Shown here in pieces: positions 13,945 through 25,409 of a DNA stretch of 64,000 nucleotides; the first letter of the stretch is position 1; every line of letters starts with the position of its first letter. The translations under genes were made by a program, and so were the position numbers. The notes under the pieces are model-generated. The model saw only the letters and a list, made by a program, of their open reading frames with translations. It did no database searches and had not been told where the DNA came from. This DNA comes from Camelus ferus (Eukaryota), in contig NC_045707.1 in NCBI RefSeq assembly GCF_009834535.1, positions 45,634,001-45,698,000 of the forward strand. Direction: 5' to 3'.

Positions 13945-15800
13945 TGATAAATGACAACTGGACATCTATACACAAACAAAAAAGAACTTCAATCTTTACC
14001 TTGCACTATATACAAAAATTAATTCTAAATGGACCACAGACCTAAACATAATGTATTAAAAGGACAGTTCTTCCTTTTAACATTTACAACATATAAAACT
14101 TCTTGAATACAAGAGCAAATCTTCATGACCTTAGACACCTCAATTACTTAACTTTCTGGATAGGACACAAAAAGTATGACCCATAAAGGAAAAAACTAGA
14201 TAAATTGGACTTCATCAAAATTAAAATAGTTTCTGCTGCAAACAATACCAGCATGGGAGAAAATATCTGATAAAGAACTTGCATCAAAAATATATAAAGT
14301 CATCAAAAAAATTTAAATAATAAATGCTGGGGAGGGTGTGGGGAAAGGGGAACCCTCCTACACTATTGGTAGGAATTTAAACTGGTGCAGCAACTATGGA
14401 AAATAGTATGGAGATTCCTTAAAAAACTAAAAATAGAGTTATCACATGATCCAGAAATCCCACTCTTGACATGTATCTGGAAAAGATGAAAACTCTTTTA
14501 ATTCGAAAAGATACATGCACATACGTACATCACAGCAGCACTATTTACAGTAGGCAAGAACATGGAAGCAACCTAAGTTTGTCGACAGACAGATGAATGG
14601 GTAAAGATGTGGTGAATATATACAATAGAATATTACTCAGCCATAAAAAGGATGAAACATGCCATTTGCAACAACATAGATGGACTTAGAGATGATCACA
14701 CTAAATGAAGTCAGAGAAAGACAAATATCATATGCTATCATTTATATGTGGAATCTAAAAAAATGACAAATGATATAAAAGGTAAATAAAAATATGAAAG
14801 GATACTCAACATCATCAGTCATTCAGGAAATGCAAATTAAAACCACAATGACATACCACTATACACCTATATTAGAAGGGCTAAAATTAAAACAAACAAT
14901 ATCAGTGCTTATGAGGATACAAAGGGACTGGAATTCTCAAACACTGCTGACAGGAATGCAAAATGGTACAGCCACTTTGGAAAATAGTTTGATAGTTTCT
15001 TATGAGGTTAAACATACACTTAACCACATGATCCTACATTTACACAGTAGAAACCCTACTCCTAGAAGAAATAAAAACATAAAGACCTGTATGCAAATGT
15101 TCACAGTAACTTTATCCATAATGGACAAAAACTCGAAATACCCCAAACTTTCATGGAGTAGTAAATGAATAAACAAATTTGGAATACTACTCAGCAATAA
15201 AAAGTAATGAACTACTGTACATAGGCAACAACCAGATGACTCACAAAAACATGCTAAGTAAAACAAGCCAGATACTGAAAGAGCTGCATAATGTAAAAAT
15301 TCATTTATAGGAATATTGTTTAAAAAAAAACTATAGGAACAGAAAATATAACAGCAGTTGCCAGGCGTCAGGGTGTAGAGCAAGAGAACTGACTACAAAG
15401 GGACACAAGATAACTGTTTTGTGGAGATTAAAATGTTAAATGAAATGGTCCGCATTGTGGTAATGTTTATATAAATGCATACAGCTGTCAAAACTCACCA
15501 AACTATACATCTTAAAAAGGTGAATATACACAACATCAAGAGTAAACTCTAACGTAAACTAGACTTTGGGTGATAACGATGTATCAATGTAGGTCCGTCA
15601 ACTGCAACAAATGTACCACTCCGCTGAAGGATGCTGATAATGGGAGAGGCTACGCATGCATGGTAGTAGGAAGTATACAGGAAATCTCTATACTTTCTGC
15701 TCAGTTTTACCTGAAACTGCTTTAAAAAATAGTTAATTAAAAAAAAAGTAATATATTATCCTAGGCAAATTATACCTCAATAAGCCTGACTTAAAATTTA
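13945..15800 (+). mobile_element. Nested L1 fragments (older L1M plus a younger insert)
   Basis: ORF2 C-terminal motifs (ggacttcatcaaaattaaaa, [14 protein letters not shown]) and L1MB/MC-type 3'UTR. Confidence 0.8.
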
Positions 15801-16271
15801 TTGAATTACTTCTAACAAATTATTAAATACCCACAGGATTAACTTTTTACACCAATACTCCAGTTTCAAATTAAATATAAAATTATCACCTTCTTTGCTT
15901 GCAAACCACCCCCTCAATCTCTAAACCAGCTTTCTGTCTTACTTCACCATTTTAGTCAACAGTACCAACATTCTGTCACCCAAATTCAAACCCCTAGAGT
16001 CTACTCTTGCCTCTCCTTCCTTTTCCCCAAATTGAAAGTCTCCAAATCCTTCAAATTCTGCTTCCCCAACCACGGTTCCATCGGACACTTCCTTTCCATT
16101 CTCATTTATGCCCACCAATTCAATCCTTCATTACCACATGCCTAGGGCTATTATCAAGTGGCCTTCAAAATGATCTCCATGCCTTTCCTATATGTTTCCT
16201 CTTTTCCAACAATCCTGCATATATATGAAAACTAAACTATTTTTTTCAGAGCATTCTTATTCTAAAAATGC

Positions 16272-16640
16272 TCATACTCATAGGAAAATAGATCAGATTT
16301 GTGGTTAAGAGGCAAGGGATGGGGAGAGGGAGAACTAGAAGGTGGTCAAAATGTATAAACCTCTAGTTATAAAATAAGTAGTGGGGATGTAGGGTACATA
16401 ATTAATGTAGTTAACACTGCTGTATGTTATATATAAAAGTTGTTAAGAGTAAATCCTAAGAGTTCTCATCACAAGAAAAGAATTTTTTTGCCTTTATTTT
16501 GTACCTATATGAGACAATGGATATTCACTAAACTTACTGTAGTAATCATTTTACCATGTATATAAGTCCAATCATGCTGTATACCTTAAACTTACACAGT
16601 GTTGTCTCCAATTATATCTCAATAAAACTAAAAGAGAAAA
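16272..16640 (+). mobile_element. L1 3'UTR fragment
   Basis: gagtaaatcctaagagttctcatcacaag...atgctgtataccttaaacttacacagtg...aattatatctcaataaaact. Confidence 0.75.
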
Positions 16641-17386
16641 AGGAATGAACAAATGAAAAATGGGAAAAAAAATGCTCAAAGGATTCCTCATAATCATCTC
16701 ATAATGAGGCCAGTGTGCACTGTTCACTATGCTTTGAATATTTTCTCAGCACTGTCCTGCCCCAAAATGGTCTCTTCTGTTTGATTTTATTTAATTCCTT
16801 CCAATGAGCCTTCCTTCAGCATTCAGTCCACAATTTCAAACCCAAATTCCAATACATTTTATTTCAGGTACCAGTGTAGTAACATAGTACCAATATCTTA
16901 TCCAGCATATCTTTTCACTTCTCTATTTTGTCTCTCCACAACCATCAGTTTTCCTTTAGAATAAAGATAGTGAAATACTACCTTCCCATCCCCTCAAAGA
17001 CCTCTCACAAATTAGTAGTATTGGTTAGTCCTAATTACCAAAATGAATTTAGGAAAATGAACTCAAACTGGAAAAACTACTAATATTCCTAAAATTTTTT
17101 TTTAGTACATTGAAGATTTCCAATCTGATAAGCAAAATACCCTTCTTCAATATCAAGAGATTCATACAGCTTTGCAGAGGTGCAGTGGAACAAGGCATTG
17201 TCTTCAAGATTAGCACTGTGATATTCCACACATAGTGGGCCTATAGCAACCTATTACAGTACCTTGAATTTACAGATATCTTTCTCGTTAAAGAATTCAA
17301 AATATGTTCACTATCTGAAGCATAAACCAAGGTAGAATGGACAAGGTTTGTGTAAGGAAAAGGAAAAGCTAACTATTCCCTTATTC

Positions 17387-17995
17387 TGTAACCAAGCAGG
17401 ATCCTGTGGGGCCTTCCCAAGGACAGATCCTATTTCTTCTGACTGTATGTAAAAAGGCTTTAAACTCCTAGGCCTTTCTCAAGTTCCAAAGAGCAAATTT
17501 AATCAAAGAAATGAGAAAATGCAGAAACAAAGGAAAACAAATTAAGCAAGACAAAATAATAATAGTTCAGCCATAAAAGAATGTTAAGGACCTTTAGTTT
17601 CTCCTCAAGGGCTCTAGATAATATCCTAAATCATATCCTTGAGTTGTGCTGCAGATACTAAAACCCCTACCAGGTAGAAAAAGTCAACTGTACTGACCAC
17701 TAGCATACAAACTGCAGACTAGTTGAAGCCAGAAAACTGGTAACTGAGACTCTGCCCCCTCCACCCCTTCCAAAAATCACCTTGTTACCACACAACCAAC
17801 CAATCAGAAGAAAGTCTATAAGCTGATCAGGAATCCTGCAACCCTCACCCCTAATGTTGCCTTTAAAAATTCTTTCCTAAAAGCCATGGGGGGGTTCAGG
17901 TCTCTTGAGCATGAGCTACCTGGTCTCCTTCCCTGGCAATTTGCAAAAAATACTGTACTTTCCTTCACCACAATGCAGCGTAAGGTTCTCTAACA
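17387..17995 (+). mobile_element. Solo ERV LTR (ERV1-like) in METAP2 intron 2, antisense to the gene
   Basis: TGTAA...AACA termini, 609 bp, flanks attc/aatc; aaccaatcag (CCAAT) at ~17798; TATA-like ctttaaaaa at ~17861; degenerate poly(A) signal region. Confidence 0.75.
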
Positions 17996-18921
17996 AATCT
18001 TGGCACTTTTTTCACTAAATTTTTTACTGTAAGCTCCTTGAAGGCAGAGAACTTACCTTTCTAATGGAAAAACAAGTGCTCTGCATTATCGTAACATGAT
18101 AATTAAAGTACAGCAGGTATTTGATGCTAAGGGTTGGAAGGCATAAGCCCAAGATGGCAGAGCCTGAGGCAGAATGGTCACAGCAGTAGGTAATTGAGAA
18201 TGGGAAAGCCCTATCTCCTCTTCCGCCAGAAGAGAGTACAGAATAATAATAGTTCTCCTAACTAATCACTTCCTCCACTGTCTCACTGACAGTATAAATT
18301 CCAAGAGTTGTCTTTAACGAAATCTATGGAGAAAGCTCCAAAATACCACAAAGATCTAGGATCAGGGAATTTATAATAGATTTTATAAGCGCTCCAAGAT
18401 GCTCCTTTGAGAATAAAGAGAAGTACCTTTGGCACTTGAAAGAGAGTAAAAGGAACAGACTTGGAACCAGTTGCTGTTTGAAACTCTGGCTCTATTTTAT
18501 GCATACTAGCTGTGTCACATTAGACAAATCACATAACTCTTATTTCCTGTTTGCTTGATTTTGTGAGGGTAAAATGAGAATGCATGAATGTATCCTAAGA
18601 TAGTGCACAATATATATCAGTTGTTCAATAAACATTAGTTAAATAAACAGGACTTCAATTTTATTAATACTCACCCACTACTTGGCCTTTACCAAGTACA
18701 TTTTCAAGAGTTGTGATCTGTGTTATTTGAGCATTCAACATATTCAACTTTTTAAAAAGTTGCTAATAAATACCTTCTCCTCTTTGTGGCATTGAGGCTT
18801 TAACATCAATTAACCAAAACATCAGAGAATACTGGACTATATGAACAAATTAATAGTTTTAGTTTAAAGAATGTCTTATTTTTTTGCTTTTCTAACCACA
18901 AAAATCAAATTAACCATTTAC

Positions 18922-19029
18922 CTTCATCATCATCATCTCTTTCTTTCTCTTCCAACGCTTGTCTTTCCAACTGTCTTGCTACATCATCAACTGAGGTTCC
19001 TGATTCTTTATCAGGTTCCTGTTGCCCTG
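18922..19029 (-). CDS. METAP2: METAP2 coding exon 2
   Basis: Acceptor ...gatcag; 108 nt, (A)GQQEPDKESGTSVDDVARQLERQALEEKERDDDDE; donor GTAAAT; phase 1-1, in frame with exon 1. Confidence 0.97.
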
Positions 19030-20379
19030 CTGATCAAATATAAAAACATAAATCAAATCTAATAAAGATATTTTCCCACTAGAATATATTCTAAGGATCC
19101 TAAAAAATACACAAGTCCTTTCCTGATACACGTTCAGGAAACAAAAACAGAAATATTGTAAGCAAAATAGAATTTATATGATAGAGAAGAATCTTCTATC
19201 TCTAAGTAGTACTGTCCATCCAACAAAATATTCATTATACATTCTCTGTGCTAACAGCTAAAGGACAAACAAAAGTGTGAGTTGGTCCCTATCCTTAAGT
19301 AAATTAACTTCTTAAAGTATTTAACAATTAAACTACAAAAAATATTTCATTATCCAAATGGACAACAGATGCTAAAAAACTTAATAAGAGGATTTCTGTG
19401 GGACTCTGGGGGCTTTATGAAGAAAGAAGTTGTCAAGCTGGGCCAGGAAAAGTCAAAACAAACAAAAGAGATTTCATTACTAAAAACAAAATTCTCCAAC
19501 AGCTATGCACAAGACCAGGCCCTGTTCTGGAAGGTATTACAATCTAGCTAAAAGAGCAATGTATATGCATAAATAGAAATAGTATTATCAGGCAGCACAT
19601 AACGAAGTGACATCCTGGCTACTGCAGAGAGTTCATACAGAGATATAACAATTAAAAATATTTTAGAGGCAGTCTGCTGAACACCTTAAAGAACAAACTG
19701 AAGAGTTTGGCTTGCATCTGAAAGCCAAGAACCAGACTATGTTCTGGGATTTAACTTTGCTCTGGAAGTGTCCCAGCACCTACAACTCTCCCTATTCAAC
19801 TCCCATCTAATCAAAATTTCAGAAATATACAGATTAGCCCTCTCCAACCTCTATCAACTCCACATTCATCACCTATGGCCTCTCCATTTTTCTCTCATTT
19901 TTTCCGTGGCTGATTTTAATTAGAAATAGTATAAACTACTTTTCCTAAAATGAACGCCTTTGAGCAACAAAAACACTTGACTTCTTGAAATCAAATATAA
20001 CTCATGATATAATCCAAGTGTTAACTTTCAGCTGTTTTCCTTGCCTTACTAGTGGATTTAGAGAAGTTCCATTCGGACCTACAGAATATCTAGACTGCCT
20101 ACAAGTGGCATCCTAACTCAGGTCTAAAAGCCCTAAAGTTAGATGATGCTGTAGCATTAGGCAGATGAGGCACCACCATCACATACATCCTTCAATTACC
20201 ACTCAGTGACAAGAGAGCGTGGGCATACACACATCCATACAGACCCCAGAAGTGCAGCTTGCCACAAAAAATCCCTCTGTAAACTGGGGTGGTGGGGAGA
20301 GGAGCAGTCGAGACACTAAGACCTGCCAACTCCACCCCCACCCTCAACGAAATTATGTCCCACGTTGTTCTAGTAAAGA

Positions 20380-21500
20380 GGAGGCAGTATGGGTCGGAAC
20401 CAGATTCTGGAGGAGGCCAAACCGTGAGGAAGGTGGGAGGGCTGGGCCCTATGCACCGCTCCAAGTCCGTTGCACGGTCTGCGTGGGAGCGGAGTTCTGG
20501 CAACACAGTGGCCCAAGAGTTACCTCTAGGGAAGCTGAGGCACCCTCTTCTCTTCCACCCCACACCCACCAGCTCCCTAGTCCCACGGGAGAAACCGCCT
20601 CTCTCCGGGACTGGGAATCTGCAGCCTGGCCTGGACACAAATTCAGTCCTGGGAACCAGCCTAGGGTTCCGAGTCCCCAGTCCCTGTCACCCACGCCGGG
20701 CCTGAGTCGAGCCGTTCCGCCATCCCGGCGTGGACTGGGAAAACATAAAACTCCTTTTACCTGTGGCAGCCCCTTTACTCTTCTTCTTCTTCCGTCTTTT
20801 TTTCTTGGCTGCCTCCTCAGCCGTAGTGGCAGCTCCCTCCTCCCTGTCGTCTGGATCCAGGTCGCCATTCAGGTGGCTCCCGGAGGACGCTACCTCCTCC
20901 ACGCCCGCCATATTGCCCGAGAGAGCGCGAGGGAGTGAGACAGAACGCTGAAGGCCCGCTCCTTCTTCACACACCTACGCCGGAAGCTGCTCTCTATGGT
21001 AGGGCCGCGGGGAATGCTGGGACGGAGGAGGACTCGACGCGACAGGTCGCGCGCAGAGTAGGCGGGGCTCACGTCGGATTGCGCGCGGCTGAGGTGGTGG
21101 CGAAAAGCCGGCCATGCCGGTTCTGTGTGTCGTCCCGCGCTTCGGGCAAACCTGCCTGCTTGTGTCAGTTTGATTTCCTGCACCTACCCTGTGGAGTGGC
21201 GCTGCCCACGAGAGAGAGGCGCGTCTCCGCTGAAACCCAAAAGTTTTATATTCATGGTTTTATACAACATACCGGAAGCGAGGAGAGGGGCGAAAAAAGT
21301 GCCTTCAGTTGCACATACTTCTTTTTTATGACTCAAAAGGACCGCGTTGTCATTCATAATTACAGCTCACGGCGAGGCTGTCCAGGCGCTTAAGGAAATG
21401 TACCTGCAAAAGGGTTTGAGGAGGCCGTCAGAGAAGAGAACGTAAGACGTTTATTATTAGGGACGCCAGCGGAAGGCAGCGCCTCAGGAAGGAAGGAGTG
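20380..21500. promoter_or_regulatory. CpG island / METAP2 promoter
   Basis: The only GC- and CpG-rich stretch in the window, spanning METAP2 exon 1; ETS-type CCGGAAG at ~20980 and ~21272, GCGCGC tracts at ~21048-21087, no obvious TATA box. Confidence 0.9.
20761..20911 (-). CDS. METAP2: Methionine aminopeptidase 2 (p67), coding exon 1 (start codon at 20911)
   Basis: Translates MAGVEEVASSGSHLNGDLDPDDREEGAATTAEEAAKKKRRKKKKSKGAAT, the recognisable METAP2 N-terminus; 151 nt followed by donor GTAAAA at 20760. Confidence 0.98.
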
Positions 21501-21935
21501 GTCAACTGCGTTGAGTGCTGCTAAGAGGTCAAGTAAGAGGACTCAAAAATATCAGATATATATTGTAATATGGAAGCCACTGGTGACCCTAGCAAGAGCT
21601 ATTTAGGTAGAGAGATGGAAGCCAGACTAAAGAGAGTTGAGAAACGAGAGGAAATATAGAATCTTCTCATCCTTCAAGTTTTCAGCTTAAATGCACTCCC
21701 TCAGATAATCCGTCCTCAACAATCTAAATCAGGCCTTGCTCATACAACCTTTCATTGAACCTCTTCCTATAGTAGTTTGTAATTAATTTATTTGTGTGAT
21801 TATTTGTTATATGTGTTTCTCTCCAACTGCCTTGAGCTCAAAGACAGGAGCCTTGCATGTTTTGTGCTCTTATCACCAGCACCCACCTTTAATCTAAAGC
21901 GTAGTAGGAACCCAGTAAATACTCAGTGTATAAAT
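21490..21935. mobile_element. L2 fragments in both orientations
   Basis: L2-like motifs (ctgctaagaggtcaagtaagaggact...ggtgaccctagcaagagc; gtagtaggaacccagtaaatactc). Confidence 0.6.
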
Positions 21936-23979
21936 AGCACTTAAAAAGAAGCCCAAGGGCTTGACATTCATCTCACTTAACCCACTTTCGAGTTGGGGAA
22001 ATTAGAGAGTTTTGGTAAATTGCGCTAAGTCATATAGGACATAAATAGGAGAGCTTGAATCCAAACCCAAGTCATTAGGCACCAGAAATTTAATAATTCT
22101 GTATTCTGCCTTCCCAACTGAAATTCAAATCAGTTCAATACAAATGTATTCATTGCAGACTAGAAATAATTTTTCTTGGTGGAAGTTAAAAAAGTGAAAA
22201 AAAAGGTATCCAAGAAAATTTAGCATTCAACATCCTTAAAAGTAAGTTCAGCTATATAAAAAAATGTGTTCAAGCTTTATTGTGAATCTTCCCAATTCCT
22301 GTAAAAGTTCTGGGAACACTTGGGCGGTGGCTACCACCTCAGACCCAACCCAGGAGACACAGTGTCCTGGGAGACAGAACCTGTGGGGTTGGTAGATGAA
22401 TTTTGATGAAGGGTACTTGAGGTATAAGTTGATCTACAGAGCTACTAATGTCAAAATAAAATTTGTTCACTGAAAAAATAAGATGCTAAAATCCAATAAT
22501 AAAACAAAATAGAGTTTCTTGGCTGCAAAGGCATTGTACTCTACTTTTCCCCCTTCCTCTCCTGAAAAGAGGCAAGAAAATAAAACTTTAAGGTAATAGT
22601 AAAAAACAATACATATTTTGACAGTATGATAATGGATATTTGCTGGATGATAATTTTCCAGGACACTCCAGAGTTTAAGGTAACTAAACAGCCCAGGACA
22701 CTCCTTATTTTTACCATTTTTCTTCATTTGGTTTTGTCTACAAGAGGAAATTGGGGAAAAGGAATGAGAAATGTTGAAGCATACGTAAGAATCTAAGAGA
22801 ACCTGTAATAAATATAACTCAATACCAGCACAGACTAAAATATTTTTTGTAGGTAATTACATGAAGTCATTTTGTCTCAGATGGTTAACTAGATAAGCAG
22901 ATGAAAATAATTTTTTTCCTTAGAGAGTGTTTCCTGTTGTAAGATCAATGTATTGTAGTAAGATATATTTGTTTTGTCCAAAAAATGTATTTTTGCTGAG
23001 AAAATCTTAATTCCAAAAAGAAACCACATGATTAGCCCCTGCATGATTTTCTTTGAAGTCCTTGCTAGTGGTATGGTTTGGGACAGGTCACTTAATCTCT
23101 TCAAATTTCAGTTTTCTTATTTGTACAATGAGGATTATAATAGTACCACATCATAAGATATGGAAATTTAATTTCAAAATGGAGAGAAAGCAGTTATGAC
23201 AGCACAATATTGACACAATAGTGATAAGTGTTAGCCAACATTACTGTTAATAAGCCATGCTCTTGAAAATTTTCCCTTTGTATGGATTATATGATGGCCT
23301 AGGTATCCTAAGGCACACATGTATTATGTGATCTTTGGCAATGGGTTGACAAGAAATATAAAGAAAAAAATGAGAAAAATTGATTGCTTGACATTAAGGG
23401 AAATACTGAGGATTTTTTTCATATCTTCATGGTTAAAAATGCTATATAACTACTTTAATAGTGTATAGATGATATGGCATATATAGATATAGATAGAAAT
23501 ATACTGACACTTCAATATATTCACAGCTTCAATATATGAATTAGAGGGAGTACAATTCAGACCATAAGAGAGACATGCCGTATGTCCCTTGGAGAAGGCA
23601 GCAGGGAATTGCTCCTGACCAAGAACCACTAGCATTAAGGCATGAAAGAATATGGCATGTGTAGGGCAAGTTCTTGCTGAGAACTAGGTGAATTGGGACC
23701 AGATTGTAAAGGTCCTTCTATGCTACCCTAAAGAGTATGGCTTTTATTGTACGTGTTTTATTTAAAAAGCCAAATATATTTAAAGAACTGTTTTCTATTC
23801 TGAGAGTATGTTACTTTCTAATTTTTGAAGTTCAACAGTCTTCTAGAATTATTGTAAAGTTACAGAGTAGATGATAATTTCTTGTGTGCTGAGAAAATTT
23901 TTTAAGAAGAGAGGCCCACACTATATCAGTTCTCAAAACCATTTTTTAAATTTTTATCACAGTGAAATCCCTAAGTCTG

Positions 23980-24665
23980 ATGGCCTCTATTCTAAAGAAA
24001 GAATTGGAGATGGCAGAGCCTGGTAGTAGAGGATCTTAGTACTTGTTAAGATGTTATTGCTGATAATAATATTGATGAGAACTTATGTGAAGGCTATTGG
24101 GGGTGGCTAGAGAGGAAAGATTGGGTTGCAGAAACATTTCTAATTTAGAATTGAGAGTTTAATGGTCCCTTGACTGTGGAGAGGGAGTTGAGGATGACAC
24201 CCAGGTTTCTGGCTTGGGTTCCTGGGTGGATAGTGGTACCACTCCCTGAGATAGGGAACAAAGGAGGAGGAGGAGGTTTTGGAGGAGGTGGAAGGGAAGA
24301 TAAGGTTTGGGCATTTTAAATTTGAGATGCCTTTATAGCATCCAGACAGAGATATCTAGTAGTAAGTTAGAAATACGAATCTGGAGATATAGACGTGAGA
24401 GTTATTAGGGATTGGGTGTGATAGAAGGCTAAGAATGAAGTAGTTCAGGGAGAAGGGAAAAGTTACAAAAACCAACAAGAAGGAGAAAACACTTAGAGAA
24501 TAATCACATGGAAGTGAGGAGGGGAAAAGTTTTCACAAAACAAAAATTTGGTCAGCACATCATCTGTTGAGTAAAGATCAAGTAGTACAAACTCTCAAAC
24601 TAGACCATTGATATGAGCCATTAGGAGGCCACTGATGGCTTAGTGAGAGCAGTGTTGTTAGGGGG
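23980..24665 (-). mobile_element. L2 fragment
   Basis: ggatgacacccaggtttctggcttgggttcctgggtggatagtggtaccactccctgagatagggaa is a typical L2 ORF2 antisense signature. Confidence 0.7.
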
Positions 24666-25409
24666 CACCCAAAAAGGATCCTCACAAAAGATTGGGATGC
24701 ACTCTCCTAGACGTCAGCTCAAGGAGCAAAGGATCCTTCTATTTCAAACCCATTTCATCAATGACTCTTGCAGTGCTCTTCTCTTTTATTCTCTTTTATT
24801 CTCCTGGAGAGCACCTTTCTTGAAATTAAGTGTGGCTCTCTTACCACATTCTCTTCTGTAATTCTTTACCTATTTTAGTCTGAGAGTGATCCTGGGGATG
24901 AAACCTGAACAACAGAAGAATGGAAAGATGCTTGGCTGTTGGTGATGTTATTCAGCCTCTCAATTGGAAAGCCCTAGGCTACTCACTCGTCCTTCCAATG
25001 TGTAAGATATGATGTCTCTGTACTGTTAAAACAGATTTCTAGTACTTTAAACAGTCATTTTGATACAAATTTCAGAATGTAGAGGACTTGGTACTCAGTT
25101 GGTATTCTTGATCCAGAAATTCCAAGCTTAGATTTCCAGTGAATGCAAATTACTGAGATAAAAGACATGAGTGGAATCAACTGATCTTGAGATTCTGAAT
25201 GGAACACTGGTAGAAAGTTATTTTGGGGTCAGAACCAACGGATCTCTAATATTCTTTGGGCCTGAAAACTGGCAGCAGCTGGTGGGACAGAAGGTAGGTA
25301 ATTTTTAAGGCACTCAGATATTTTCAAGGACCTGATTTCTGGAGGATGACATCTCGAGGTTGGTATGAGTGGAAGCTGGAATGGCTGAGGCTCTTGGGTT
25401 CTCCTTTTT

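Noticed and set aside
20192..21393. Several 68-239 aa overlapping ORFs around the CpG island
   Set aside because: Expected stop-codon scarcity in GC-rich DNA; only 20761-20911 (-) matches a real protein.
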